A stretch of 64,000 bases of DNA from Geosiphon pyriformis uo1 (GCA_016748015.1 JAAOMT010000571.1:284582-348581); one strand, 5' to 3'. Positions 14,298-28,845 are shown, counted from the stretch's first letter. Made by a program: numbers and translations. Notes: generated by a model from the letters alone, not told the origin.

Positions 14298-16960
14298 TTT
14301 TTTTTTTATTTTTTTTTTATTTAATAAGTAAAATCCAAATACTGCTTAATACAATATATCAAATAATTAATCTAAACTAGATGTGAATCATGTATTTTCT
14401 ACATATGACCAGCCATTCAAGCCGATTAAGACAATACTAAACACCTATATAAACAAAGACAGAGTTCTCAATACCTAAAAAAAATAAATAAGATTTCTAA
14501 AACCCAAAACCAATACCAAATGTCTTGTCAATACCTAGCAATCTAACCACACTAAAAAAAAACAATAAAGATAGCTTAGAAACCAATCTTAGAACTAAAC
14601 CATCATATGGTATTAGCCTATTTTTTTCTATAAAAGCACAATGTTTAATGTGAACCAACCAAACCTTCTTCCTAAAAGCAAGACAGAAATTATGCACAAA
14701 GTCCACAATCTTCTGACTCATAACCTTAGAATCTTTGAAAACAGATACAGTCTCTTGAAGTCAATCTTTAAAAACAAAGCTCTTGTAAAGAGCTGTACAC
14801 ACTGCAATATTTGAAACACAGAAAGACAACAATTAAGACACACATGAAGAGGAAAAAAAAGACCAGAAAGCATATACCAAACAGTTACATAGACATTCAA
14901 TAAACAATAACAAACAGAATTATCAATCATATAAGAAAAAACATGATCAAAAACTTCAACATTGTTACAATACAAACATAATACACTAGGATAACACTTG
15001 TCATATAGGCACTTCTATACAATAACTGGCAGTCAATAATACAAAGCTTTTATGAAGTATGTATAAGCACCAGCAATAAGCCTACTAATGAAACTAGCAA
15101 CCATATGTGAATTGGAATGTCATATCAAGGATGAGCTAGGCCAATCAACATTTAAGAGCAAACTATTATCCAAAATACCAGACTCAGAACCAATTTTCAT
15201 TATGCACAATGAATAGACCAAAAGATTTCACAAACAAAATATCTAGAATTATCAAAAATAACACCACTTTTAGCCAAAATACAATGTTCCTTCAAATTGG
15301 AAGGAAGACACCAGGGAGTAAAAGAAGTAGTGTTAGCAAGTACATCAGCACATTTATTATCCAAGATACCCAAATAATCTTTAACTTTGTACTAAATAAC
15401 ATTTAAATTCTTCTTCCTAATGATGTTTACAATATGCCAACACCTTATCCAACACCAATTCTGAAAATCTGAATGTGCCAAACCCAATTCCAATTTACAT
15501 GTATTCAAGGCAACTTGACTATCTGTAAAAAAGTGAAGTGAGCTAAGAGAGAAAATACATTCAAGAGCCAATGCAATAATCTGCAGTTCCACCAAAGTAG
15601 AAGATAATAAACCAGAAATCTTAACTCTCAAATCCACATTTACATCCTCAAAAAAAACTGCTGTGCTAGTCTTTACATTAGGACTTCTCAGATTTTTTAG
15701 GAATTCATTTGTATAGATAGAAAAACTGTTAGTTATAACATCTAACAAATAGTCACAATCATGTCTGAACTCACTAGACTCTAAAACACTTGAAAGTTCA
15801 CAACCACCCAAAGAAAGAGGATCAGCTGAAGAAAAAGCTATACTATTAAAAAAATTGACAAAAAGTTTAAATCAATCAGGAATAGGGCCACATAAATCCA
15901 GCCTTTTCTAGTATTTGAAAGTTTTCTAATCAAAAATAGCACTTTTTTAACAATGAAATTGCTTCACAAAAACTATGCCATATTGCTGAAGTGAAGAGAA
16001 AAACTTAAAGAACTCAGTTTCACTAAGGACAGTTAACATAGAAATTCCATCCCAAAAACAAAAAAAACTGACTATTAGACTATTCAGAGACAAATTATAT
16101 CCAAGAAAAATATAAACCACACCTGCTAAAAAGTTATTAGACAAACTAACACTAATATGAGTCAGAAAAACCAAAAAATGAAGTGGATACCAACTCAAAG
16201 CCTGTAAATTAAGAGATCTGTATAAAAACAAACAACTTAAAATCCTAACAGAGTTTGCAAAACACACAACAGAAGTCACTTTGCTCTCAGTCTGGATTTG
16301 CTCAAAAGTTTTTAAACTATACAATAAGAGATGATAAAATGCATTACTAGAAAAGTTAAGAAACAGACCAGATTTTAATTTCAAGTTCTTGCAAATCAAA
16401 GCATTCCACTTTTTACACATTCTAATAAGAACAAAGCTGAACTGCATTCTGTAGCTAATAATAGAAAAGAGAACAGCTGACACCCAATATGAGAACTGTT
16501 TATTCAAAATGGCCTTCTTTAAAACAAGATTGGCAAAAAATCTAATATCTGAATATGTTTTAGCCAAACTAGGCTTTAATAAACTCTTGATAAACAAAAA
16601 GATACCTAAGTAGCAATAAGACTTTTCTTTCTTGGTGATGAAAATAAATAAACTACTAATTGACAAAGAAGAACATTTAACTCTGCAATTAATAGGAATG
16701 TCACTGTCTTATCATTATTAATAAAAATGTTATTAATTCTAAAAAATTCACTAGTGATATTGAGAATATATTGTGTTATAGCCTGACTGCTACCAACTTA
16801 AATTGTATTATCAACAAAAGCACCAGTAGCAAAAAAAAACATCAATCCAGTTTAAGATTCCATATAACCAGTTTTGGCAATAAAATAAAAGTTTAACTTA
16901 TATTTACACATACTTTTCTATCTCTTAACTTCACATAAAACAAAATTATAAAATATGTAC
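14298..16960 (-). mobile_element. 3' half of a LINE (RT C-terminal part, RNase H, Zn finger, 3' UTR, poly(A)); partner half at ~47230-51440
   Basis: ORFs 15947-16666, 15392-15811, 14718-14975 and 14497-14721 (-). ORF2 stop at 14437-14439; poly(T) ~14298-14319. The element is cut at W-(R)-IFY by LTR-A. Confidence 0.92.
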
Positions 16961-17808
16961 TGTTACTCATAGAATATAGGAAGTATATATTAGCATAAAT
17001 TAGCCAATCAAAAGTAACTATAGTAAATATGGAATTCCAGAATTTCTATCAGAAGAATTGCAGAATTCTAGGAATTTTAGGATTTTCATACAAAAAATTG
17101 CAGAATTCCAGAATTCCAGGATTCTTCTTAAAAAATTGCAGAATTTCTGGTGTGAAGAATTGAAAATTGAGGAATCTCAATTATGTATATATAGTAGTAG
17201 TACTAGAAATAGAAAAGGCAGAATTCTTTAGTTAAAGATCTCTTAGTTTAGATTTGATCTAAGCAACTTTTCATATCACAAATATCAATAAATAATTATT
17301 TACTATCTCAATCCATTTTTTACTATCAACACTTTATGTTAATAATAATTTATATTTAACCACATTGGAACAATAGTTCTTGATTATGGCTATTGATGGG
17401 ATACTAATTTGAAAAATTGCCTTGGCTTATTTCTTTATTTTCTTTGTTTTCTTTTATTTTCTATTGTTATTTCTTTTGTTGTTTACTAAATTGATTAAGG
17501 ATTAAGTACTAAATTACTGACATTAAGGATTGTCTGACAAAAGACCCCTGCGAGTAGGTAGAGCACATACAAGAATTACAGATTACTTACCAAAGAATTG
17601 CCAGCCACTAAGCTGAGAAAAGAATTGATGGAATTGCGATTTCAAGAGACTACTGAAAACAACTATTGAAACTTTGTCTATTATACAAAGAACTTAACCA
17701 AAATTTTCAAATACAAGCTACCTTTAGTAATCAACATCATTATATCAATTGAGCACCAAGTTATGGGTTTGTTATTTGCTTTGAGATTCCAAATAATTAT
17801 CTGTAACA
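16961..17808 (+). repeat. 5' LTR of gypsy element A (848 bp, TGTTAC...GTAACA)
   Basis: Terminal inverted repeats; matches 51441-52290 in reverse complement; followed by a PBS. Flank GTAC at 16957-16960. Confidence 0.95.
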
Positions 17809-17810
17809 TT

Positions 17811-17828
17811 TGGTGCTTTCTGTGAAGT
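17811..17828 (+). promoter_or_regulatory. Primer-binding site of A (TGGTGCTTTCTGTGA)
   Basis: TGG lies 2 nt after the LTR end; the same TGGTGCT core occurs in B, C1 and C2. Confidence 0.85.
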
Positions 17829-17870
17829 ATAATCCTACAGAGAACCAGTACCAACAACAATCATCCAAAA

Positions 17871-18921
17871 GTGGCAGAATCAGAAATCATAAGGACAAAC
17901 TATTTAGGATTTGCCAAATTCTTATTTCAACAGTACAGTTAACAATTGGGCTTAACCAACAACCATTATCCAGTGGAATCAGCCTTTAACTTTTACGTTA
18001 ATAAGAGAATTATGGATTTTCTAGGAAGACCAGTTGACATTGAATCAGCAAGAGAAAATTTTTATACAGAGTTAATCCAATATATCAGTTTACCATGGAA
18101 TTATAGTTTCATACCAATTATTAGAAAGATTAATCAAGAAATTAAAAGATACACTCAACAACAATTTCCTATTACTTATGCAGATAAGAGTAAAAAAAAA
18201 TTACAAACACCAGCAGTAACACCAAGAGAAATACAATTACCAATGTGGAAGAAACAAAAAATTAAATTCCCACTATATCCATTATACTATCACACACCCA
18301 GTAGCATTATCAACATTACATCAACAGACATGTCCACATCAAATACAACATCAATATTTGGACAACTCCCATTTCAAAATAAACAAAAGAAAGTAAAATT
18401 ATTAGAAACTTACAGTGATTACTTTGAAGAATTTAAATCTTAATCTTCAATGCCATCAGGATTCTGATTACTGCCACCTCAACCAGATTTTGGAACTGCA
18501 AGTTCCTGGGAGATAATGGCATCAGAGGAAAAAAAAGAAGAGGATTAAGAATTTAATTATCAAAATTCGATTGCAGAAAATTCAGAAATTGAAACTCTGA
18601 ACATTCAGACCCAGCAAACTCAAAACAATCCAAACTTGAAGCAAGTAATTAGCAAAACTTATCTCCAGTAATTGTTATTAATTAGCCACCAATTAAACCA
18701 ATTATTAAACCAATTTAACAGCAGCCATTTCAGCAATCTATTCAACAACCACTTCAATCACCTTTACAACCACAGCAGCCTCTTCAACAGCCTCTTCAAC
18801 AGCCACAACAACAACTTCAACCAATATACCAACAACTGATCAGACCAATGGCTTATGCTCCAATTGCAAAACTCAAAAAATTTACTGGCAAAGAAAACAA
18901 TGCCCAAGTGTGGCTAAACAA
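17871..18921 (+). pseudogene. gag: Element A gag 5' part (N-terminal helical domain, Gln/Pro linker, start of capsid MAYAPIAKL)
   Basis: ORF 17946-18443 and flanks; capsid ATG at 18848; continues at 28846. Confidence 0.8.
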
Positions 18922-19879
18922 TATTACCCAATTAGAAAAACCAAAAAAGCTATAGAAAAATGTAACAAAGAAACGTGACAAGAAAAACGTGGTACAACTC
19001 GAGGTAACACAAAGCAAACACAAACAATAGTTAGCAAATGTGAGCAATAGCTAGTAAATACAAGCAATAGCTAATAATAATGAGCAATAGCTAGCAATAA
19101 AGAACAATAGTTAGCAATAGTAAAGCAATTAAAAGCAATTCTGTAAAACCAAAAGAATATATAAAAGCAAGTAGTTGTAAAAGTTGAAAAGTCAGACAGT
19201 TAGTTAGGAATCAATTTTACTTTGTATTATACTTATCATATATATTCAAAGTCCGAAATATAATAAATTATCAAAACCAAATTTAATTCACCAATTCATG
19301 TTCTTCTATCTTACAGATTTTAATTGAAATTAAAATCAGTATTTCCTACTTTTGTTCCAGAACAGATGCCATTGGCATAAATGTCTCGAACCTTTAATGA
19401 TTTAGACCAATCACTCTTGATCATGACAATTGATGAGAACTAATTTTTCTCTTTTCTTTTTCTTTTTTTCTTTTTTTCTTTTCTTTTCTTTCTTTTTTGG
19501 AGCAGCAACATAGGAAAATTGACTGTCTTAGAATAGACTTTGTGATAGCCTGGTAAAAAAAGGAAGCTTCTCTTAAGTTTTGGATATTAATGTTATCTTG
19601 GTAGCTTACCAAAAGGGTGAAAAAACAACACTGGACTCTAATGACTGTGTTCATTAGTGTGGAGAAAAAAGTTTACATTTATAGAAAACATTGTAATTAA
19701 CGAAAAACAAACTCTGTGTCTTATAACCAAAGAACTCAAATGGGTAAATTTACAACCAGAAATAGACTTTCAGAGACTGATAATACTAACATGGTAAAAA
19801 AAGCAGACAACTTTGAAAGTTAACCCAAAACTAGAGCACTAAACATTACTATCATACCTTATCCAGTTTATCTATAACA
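18922..19879 (+). repeat. 5' LTR of B
   Basis: T(G>A)TTAC...TAACA; direct repeat of 27931-28845; internal gcaatagcta tandem units. Confidence 0.93.
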
Positions 19880-19881
19880 TT

Positions 19882-19900
19882 TGGTGCTCCCTGTGAGATT
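19882..19900 (+). promoter_or_regulatory. PBS of B (TGGTGCTCCCTGTGAGATT)
   Basis: The reverse complement resembles a tRNA 3' end (…AATCTCAC-AGGGAGC-A-CCA). Ile(UAU)- or Thr-like, not determined. Confidence 0.85.
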
Positions 19901-19940
19901 ATAAATCCACAAAGACAGAGCACTCCAGAGATACATAAAA

Positions 19941-22900
19941 GTGGCAACTATTGGAACAATAAAAAAAGACCACTCCTTGTATAGAAAAGCACTATTTCAA
20001 TATTTTCAAAAAGATCTAGGAATACTAGTAGAAACCACCATTGCAGAGAGTGATTTTTGTAATTATATCAATGCAAAAATCAACTGTTTGTTAGACTGTG
20101 CAACTAATACAGAAAAACTTGGAGAACAAATCCATCAAAGCTTACTAAGGTACTCAACAACTACTACTACTTGAGCAATTACTGAAATTCTACACATAGT
20201 CAATACAGACATTAAACACTATGTGACAAAACAATTCCCTCAAGTACAACAACTAGTAGAATCCGATCCAAAAGAATATAAGAACAGATCCAATAATTCC
20301 ACAACTGCCCAAAACAAGTCCACAATCAACAAGAAACCAAGATTTTTCTTACCAACAACTCTATCATATCATTAGACATCCCAAAGTAGAATTGTATTCA
20401 ATCTACCCTTGGAAACTCAGTCGGAAACACTACAAATTCCTGAAAATCTACACTTTTGGGGCCAACACAGTTGGACCAAATTACTAAGAAAATACAGATT
20501 ACTGTTTAGAAATTTTACCCCAACAGCCAGTCAAACAGAAGGAAACATATCAACTTGGGAACAGCCACCAGCACAAAACCCAGCAGAATCAGCATCTCCT
20601 CTAATGGAAGGAACAGCTATCTTACAACCTATTGGTTCCAGCAACAAAAAAAACAACCAGCATTAGCACCCAGAAAACACTTGAATATGTGGACACCAAT
20701 CTCTTTAACCATAACCAGTAACACTCCACTCATTAACTGGATCATGGTCTACTGGGATATTACTAAATTGGAGAAATTCTCTGGTGAAAAAGATAACACA
20801 TATTTTTGGATTATGGATGCCGAGAAAGCAATTACTGCTAATGGATAAGACAATGACTACACAATTCAGATACTGTCATTCTTTCTGATTGGAACTGTCA
20901 ATTCATAGTACCAGAGCCTTGCAAAAAAGCCTACCTTCTTTACAGAGTTTAAACTTGCCTTTCTGCAATACTTTTGTGACCCTAATACACTCATCTAATT
21001 GCAAAAACAATTCAGTATAATAAAACAAAATGACCATGAAGCAGTAACTACTTATCTCAAAAGATTCAATCAGGTTTTTTGACAAATTTTAACTATTGAG
21101 CAGAATTATTATACCACCACACAAGTCCTCAATTAATTCATTAAAGGACTAAGGAGCAGTCTCTTAAGATCCATACGATTTTGCCATCTGGCAAACCTAC
21201 AAGAAGCAGTCATTTTCACTTGTGATTTTGAGTCTGCAGAACAAGAAGTGAACTATACCCAAGCTGTTAACTTAGCCATCAATGGAGCCTCTGACATTGA
21301 CACAAAGATAACCCAATTAAGTAAAAAATTAACTCAGAAAATTGAGGGATTCTTAGCTGAAACCACAGGAACTTACCAACCACCACAACAAAAAGAAAAT
21401 AACAACAACAGCAGATATCTATAGCAACAGAACTGTTAGCAACAGCAACAACTTTGGAGATCTGATTCCCATAATTGTTACTACTGCCAAAAATCTGGAC
21501 ATATTGCCTGTAACTGCAGAAAGAAAATAATAGACCAAAATCAAAAAAACCAATACTAGCAACCAAGATATCAGCAAAACATGATATTCCAATATTCTAT
21601 CCCTCAAAATCCATCTTCCCAGTATGCACAACAAGTCCCGTATACTTAATTACTGCCCCAAAATTATTATCAACTACCACCAATGACACAAGCAATCTCT
21701 CACTATCAAACTCCCCCTTACAGCCAGTCCAAACCTCAAGCTATAGACTATAATCAGGGATAGAAGAATTCCAACAACAATTAGGTGCAAACCAACAGTA
21801 GACCATCTCAACTAATCCTTCATGGTCCTGCACAATCTCAACTAGCACCAACCAGATACTCAAATCAAGCTTCTTATCTCAGTCTTATAGAAGACCAGGA
21901 TTTTGATAAATTTACACCTATGGAAGGAAGGGATGTAGAACAAATCTTCCAACCTTCCAAGCAAACAAAAAGCAATATCCCACCAGCCACTATTACCGAG
22001 GACACCACCCTAGCCACCATATTTTCTTTTGACATCAATAATTTGAACACCCACAGACTTTTTAGTGGGGCAGTCATCAATTAGAATAAACCAATAATGG
22101 CCCTATACACCAATGCCAGAGTTGGAGGAATAGACATTAAATTAATTCTGGATAGCAGATCAGCCAGTAGCATAATTATGAAACAGCTTATGAACCAACT
22201 AGGTTGCTGAGTAGACCATGCTGCTACCGCCTGAATCATTACAGTAGATGGAAACACAAAAACTCCAATAGGAGAAATTGACAACTTCCTCTTTGAAATT
22301 AATAGAATTCAGATCTCTACCAAAGTACTCATCATAGAAACTACTCAATATCAAGCTCTGATAAAAAATGATTGGTTGTCAAAAGCCAATACTATGCTCA
22401 ACTGGAATACCCAAGAATTTCAACTCATGTTTAACAGACAGCATGTCCAAGTTCTAGCTATATGTAGACACTTTAAAACCCAACATACTGAGGAGCCCCT
22501 AATTGAATTCAAAGATATACTGCTACTACCAACCATTGAGATCTATCAAATTTCATGGATAGATAATTATCAAATTGAACTACCCCCACCACCAATTTGG
22601 AAAGAAAAAGAAAAAGGCAGAGCTGAAGAAAAACCCCAATTGTCATCACTAGGATATATAATCATGGACCAAAAAAATTTATTTTACCAACTTCCAAAAC
22701 TAATATGTGTTGATTGTAGAAAAAAGCTATCCACAATGGGCACATATATTAAGAACAACAAAAAATGGTCCACCACCACCAAATATTACTGCAGACTTTG
22801 TGTACTGAAAAAATTTGGACAATCAAAACAACAAGACAAGTGGGACAACACACTATGCCTTATATGTGGCAAGATCCTGCCTGATGAAGAACTCTGGAAT

Positions 22901-25732
22901 GATGTGCCTGGCAGAGGAAAAATATGCAATGAGGCTTGTTAGTACACCATATTAATCAACAATTGGGTACAAAAGAGAACCCCTATTAAGGACACTTGGA
23001 AATAAGCATTCAATAGACTGGATGGTTATCCACACAATAATCACAAAATCTGGAGAATGACAAGTGCCAAAGCCAAAAATACCATGCCTGAAGAAATATG
23101 AAAATTCAAGAACAATTTTTAAACACCTGAATATAATAGACTCAACTACCCCATAGATGATTTTTTTACAGATAACCTCGACACATTTCAGAACTGATAT
23201 CAAGAATTGGTCCTGACCCGAAAAGAGCAAGAACAGTGACTAGTTAATCTAAATACCAAACTATGTGATCACTGCTTAATTTCTTGCCACTTTTAATACT
23301 GTGACGAGTGTAATCTCATGTTCAACTTGTCTTCCAGAATCCTATACCCAATCACTAAATTACCTAAGCCCAAGGAAGAAAAAGAATTACTCATCAAAAA
23401 CATGTTATTTCAAGAGCCAAATTAGACTACCAAAATAGAATAATACCTTGTGTATCCTGATCTTTTCAAAGAATTAGAATTAAAATAGTATAGTAACAAT
23501 AACAAAAAAATATGCTCAGAAAGAGTATATGAGACTGATGCAGGTTTTGACTTAAAATACCCTAAACAATTACTCATAGTTATAGCCCCACATTTTCTGG
23601 TAAAAATAGATCTCAAAATAGTGCTAGAAATTTCTGTGAACACCATGATACAAGTAGCATCTAGATTGTGTCTTGCAAAAAAAAGAATCAATATAAAAAA
23701 AGGAATTATCAATGCCAGATATACAGGAAACATTATTGTGATGCTACAGAACAATTCAGACAAACCTTACAAGATTGAATTTCACAAAAAAATTACCCAA
23801 GCCATTTTTTTACCTTTAATTAAAATACCCCAACTAGCTCTGGTTACCATCTGAGAAGAATTAAGTCTTATTGCCCAAAGAATCAATGGGTTTGGCTCAA
23901 GTGGAAGAGAGAATGTAATGGTCAATTTTATGAAGGAAGATAGTAACCAGAGAGAACTTATCTACACTGACATCATTATTTCTATCTCTCTTTATTGGTA
24001 GTATATTCTCAAAGTTGACTGAAAGATTCAGAACCAAGCACTAGTCTTCAAGACCAATTCCAAGATCTGCTTGTTAGCTGACATTGCTAATCTGTACTTA
24101 CTAACCAAAGCTCATAAACACTTCAAAATTTCCATTCACAATTCAACCGAAGATGTTATCAAAATTCCTGAGAGAACTCTCATTGGTTTTATATCTTTAA
24201 ATATTCAGAATCTAGAAAAACTCCAGCTTATTCCAGATTTCGTTCAATTGTTTTTGTTCTGTGAAATTACCTTATAAATATGAAATCTGTCAAAGAAAAG
24301 TTACTTGTTTACACCAAAAAAAATCAATAAACTCAATCTAGAAAACTTGAGCACTTTACAGCAAATGCAACTTAAGATTCTATTGAACCAATATGCCAAT
24401 GTCTTTGTTAGCAAAAATGAGTTCGGATGCACCGACATTGTAAAACACCAAATTGATATCGGAGATGCTCGACCTATTAAGCAGTGAACTTATTGAGTAT
24501 CTCTATCTGGCAATAATCTGATTAAGCAGGAAGTACAACAAATGCTTAACAATAGACTGATTAAAAAATCATTAAGCTCTTGGTCCTCTCCAGTAGTCTT
24601 AGTCACAAAGAAGAATGGGAAGGTATGATTCTGTAAAGATTACCAGAAATTAAATAGTATTACCTGAGGAGATAGCTATTCCATTTCTCTTATCCAAAAA
24701 ATTCTAAACAACTTAGAAAAGAAGAAATAGTTCTTGTTACTAGATCTAGCCAGTGGATATTGACAAGTCAAAATAGACCCGAAAGACAAAGGGAAAATAG
24801 CATTCACCACACAAGACAAAAATTTTAAATTCAACATAATGCCTTTCAGACTGTGCAATATTCCTGCTACCTTTCAACATCTCATGGATGTTGTGTATAA
24901 AGAAATCTTGTGGAAATCAGTCATAGTATACTTAGATAACACCAATGTCTTCTCATAAACATTCAATGAACATTTGCTCTACCTGCAATAAATCTTCGAA
25001 TGCCTTTGAGCTGCCGGATTGAAACTCAACTCTGATAAATACTTCTTCGGAAAAACCAAACTGAAATTCTTAGGACATGTAATCAGTAAGGATGGAGTAA
25101 AACCTAACCCAGACAAAATCCAAAAGGTCAAGAATTTTTCAGCCCCAATTAACCTATAAGAGCTGCAAAGATTTTTAGAATTGGCTAGATACTACTGTCA
25201 ATTTGTCAAAGGATTTTTAACTATCACAAAACCTTTTTATCACTTGTTGTTCAAATACATGTCATATCTGTGAAAAAAAAAGCAACAAAAAGCCTTCAAT
25301 TATTTTAAACAGTGATTAATCATATTTCCAATACTAATTTATCTTGACTTTACCAAACAATTTATTGTCACTACAGATGCATTAAAAAATGCACTAAGAG
25401 CTGTATTATCACAAATAGAACTGAACAGAAGAGAACATCCAATTGTCTATGCCAGTTGCAGTACCAGCCCAGCAGAAAAAATATATAATACAACAGATTT
25501 GGAATGTTTTGCCATTTATTGGGCCATATAAACATGGAAACATTATCTCTGGCAATTATTTGACTTATATACCAATTATAAGAGACTCATTTGGTTACTC
25601 AATAACCCATAACTAGAAAAAAAATATGCTAAATGGAGTACTTATCTGCAACAATTCCCACTCAAAGTTTATTACAAGGAAAGATCCAAGAACACCAATG
25701 TTGACAGTTTGTCAAAGATGCCACAAACCTAA
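19941..25732 (+). pseudogene. gag-pol: Element B gag-PR-Cys-rich-dUTPase-RT-RNase H polyprotein
   Basis: CYYCQKSGHIA.NC ~21476; LILDS ~22142; DAGFDLKY...SR...IINARYTG...ITQ...GFGSSG ~23510-23910; LDLASGY; VYLDN; TTDAL...YAS; ends NVDSLSKMPQT-TAA. Confidence 0.9.
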
Positions 25733-25742
25733 TCTCGGACTC

Positions 25743-27100
25743 ATGGACACACTTACTTATTAGCAATTACATTAGTATCTATTGACACTACATTTTAAGA
25801 AGATTTTATCTCAACAGGAACAAAATACCATATGGAAACAAGCATGAAATTACTTTATTCAAAATAACCAACTCTATTATCAAGAACAATGAAACCATAC
25901 TACTCCACAACAATTGATCAAGGACCATAAAAAAGAAGCTATATTATATAGTATGCATTCTGACCCAACTGCAAGACACTTCAACAAAAACATGACTTTG
26001 GAAAAAACAACAAATCTATACTATTGGTCTATAATGTATAAGGATATCTTCAAATATGTTCGCAATTGTAACTTATGCCAGCAAAAAAGAGGAACCAGGA
26101 TAATAGAACCACTTTAACCCATTCCAGTTGGAAATCCATTTGATAGAATTGGGATTGATTTGGTTGGTCCTCTTTTGATTATATCCAAAGGAAATCATTA
26201 CATCACTGTAGCCGTAAACTACCTTACAAAATAGTCAAAAGCCAGAGCAATCCAAGTAGCTGATGCCAAAACAGTAGCCAAATTCATACACCAAGATCTA
26301 ATATACAAACATAGATGCCTAAAAGAACTGTTATTGGACTAAGAAACACATTTCATCAATACTACATTAATTGAATTGAGTCAACATTTTGGTATAAAAC
26401 AACTATTATCATCACCATATCACGCACAAACAAATAGACTGGTAAAACAGTTTAACAGAATATTATGTAAAGTATTAGCAAAAATAAGTTATGAAAATGA
26501 ATAAGAATAGGACTTATTCATACCTTCTGTACTCTTTGTATATTGAACATTAAAGCAAAATATGATACAGTTCACACCATTCAAATTAGTCTATGGAAGA
26601 AAAGCAATGTTATCTATTGAACAAGAAATAGCATCTTACTTAACAGAAACTATCAACAAAAAAAATTTTGAAGATACCTTATGTCAAAGAATGTACTAGC
26701 TAATGGAAGCATTAAAAAACAATCATAAAATAGTAACTGACAATATTAGTAATGCTCAAAAATGACAAAAAGAAAGACATGACAATTGCCTATTCGAACA
26801 ACCAATGGAATTTAAGATTGGAGACCAAGTACTGTTATATCATACAAAAGCAGAAAAACAATGAAACAGAAAGTTCAACCCAAAGTGAGACAGCCCATTT
26901 CACATACACAAAGTGTTAAGAAATAGAGCTTATAAATTACAATTGAAAGACAGAATTTTAAAGAAAGTAGCTCATTAAAAATTTATTATGTGAAACAACA
27001 GTCATTGTTATTAGTACATCAACTAAGAACACAAATTTCATTAATCAGACCAGAAAATATATCATAAGATCTGGAACCAATCATCATCATCGAAATATAA
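25743..27100 (+). pseudogene. int: Element B integrase (own ATG, +1 frame relative to RNase H)
   Basis: HSDPTARH...CNLCQ (HHCC), IGIDLVGP, D and E core motifs, PF-H.. GPF/SH3-like tail. Confidence 0.88.
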
Positions 27101-27183
27101 ACAACATGTAGCAAATTAAATTGGGAAATTCAAGTATATATACCATCCAAAAAACAACAAGAAAATAATAGAATTTTTTCAAC

Positions 27184-27930
27184 ATGGACCTTTTAGATTA
27201 AATTCTACAACTTTCAAAACAACTGTTTGATGCAATTCAACAATTTTCTGCTCAAATAGAAATCAAAATTGATAAAAAAAAGATATGATACAGAGATAGA
27301 AGCAAAAAAAAGGTGAACAATAGTTCAACTAAAACTAAGCTGTTTCACCTTTACAAGCAAACTTTTCTCTATGAAAGAAAAAGAAAAAGGGATATGATAA
27401 GAATAGGACCCAATACAGCTAAAAAGAAGGGGAAGGTAACAGAAATAAAACTGTGTTAGGTGAGAATTGAGAAAATAAGAGAAGATCTAAACAAGCAAAC
27501 ACTGAAGCCAGTAACAAGAGAATATACATCTGAAAACGTGAAAAAATAGAAAAAGAAACTTCTATTTGTCTATTGGCTATTTAAAATTGGGTTACAATTA
27601 GGATTAGATAGCCCATATAAAGACCTCAACTGTCAAATGATCAACAAAGAAGCCCACAGACAAATAAAAAAATTTGTGAGAAGAAACAACTTAAACTTAT
27701 ACTATAAAGCAACATACCAACTATATTCAGCATTTAAAAACTATCCAATGGTACTACTAGATGAAACTCTAAAAATTATTATAGTCAACAACATAAAATA
27801 GATGACAAACACCCAATTGAAGTTCTACAAAAAACAATACTGAAGGCAACATTTGAGTTCTTTACAGAAAAACAAACTTGGCTGAAATAGATGATTTCAC
27901 AGAAGCTTAATTTTAAAAAGAGAGGAATAA
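27184..27930 (+). pseudogene. Element B accessory 3' ORF (~245 aa, unknown function)
   Basis: ATG at 27184 (MDLLD*ILQLSKQL...); homologous by eye to the 3' ORFs of A and C; ends at the PPT. Confidence 0.7.
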
Positions 27931-28845
27931 TGTTACTCGAATAGAAAAACCAAAAGCTATGAAAAAACGTGACAAAAAAATGTGACAAGAAAAATGCAGT
28001 ACAACTTGAGGTAACACAGAGCAAACACGAGCAATAGCTAGTAATAACAAGCAATAGCTAATAATAAAGAGCAATAGCTAGCAATAGTAAAGCAATTGAA
28101 AGCAATTCTGTAAAACCAAAAAAATATATAAAAGCAAGTAGTTATAGAAGTTGAAAAGTCAGACAGTTAATTAGGAATCAATTTTACTTTGTATTATACT
28201 TATCATATATATCCATAGTTTGAAATACAATAAATTATCAAAACCAAATCCAATTTACCAATTTATGTTTTCCCATCTTACAAATTTTAATTGAAATTAA
28301 AATCAGTATTTTTTACTTTTGTGCTGGAACAGATGCCATTGGCATAAATGTCTTAAACTCTTAATGACTTGAACCAATTACTTTTGATCATGGCAATTGA
28401 TAAGAACTAATTTTTTTCTTTTCTTTTTCTTTTTTTCTTTTTTTATTTTATTTTATTTTTTTTTGGAGTGGCAACATAGGAAAATTGACTGTCTTAGAAT
28501 AAACTTTGTGATAGTCTGGTAAAAAAGGGAAGCTCTACTTAAGTTTTGAATATTAATGTTATCTTGGTAGCTTACCAGAAGAGCAAAAAGACAATGCCAG
28601 ACCCTAACAACTGTGTTTGTTAGTATGGAGAAGAAAGTTCACATTTATAGAAAATGTTGCAATTGATGAAAAACAAACTTTGTGCCTTATAACCAAAGAA
28701 CTCAAACAGGTAAATTCACAGTCAGGAATAGACTTTCAGAGACTGATAACACTGACATGACAGAAAAAGCAGACAATTTTAAAAGTTAATCTAAAACTAG
28801 AGCACCAAATGTTACTACCATACCCTACTCAGTTTATCCGTAACA
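27931..28845 (+). repeat. 3' LTR of B
   Basis: TGTTAC...GTAACA, preceded by the PPT AAAAAGAGAGGAATAA. Confidence 0.95.

Larger units (their letters stand above)
18922..28845 (+). mobile_element. Complete Ty3/gypsy element B nested in the gag of A, TSD ACAA
   Basis: LTRs at 18922-19879 and 27931-28845. ACAA at 18918-18921 and 28846-28849. PBS at 19882; PPT at 27915-27930. Confidence 0.95.

Noticed and set aside
18955-19140. Regularly spaced repeats resembling a CRISPR array
   Set aside because: No unique spacers and no cas genes; these are LTR U3 tandem units.
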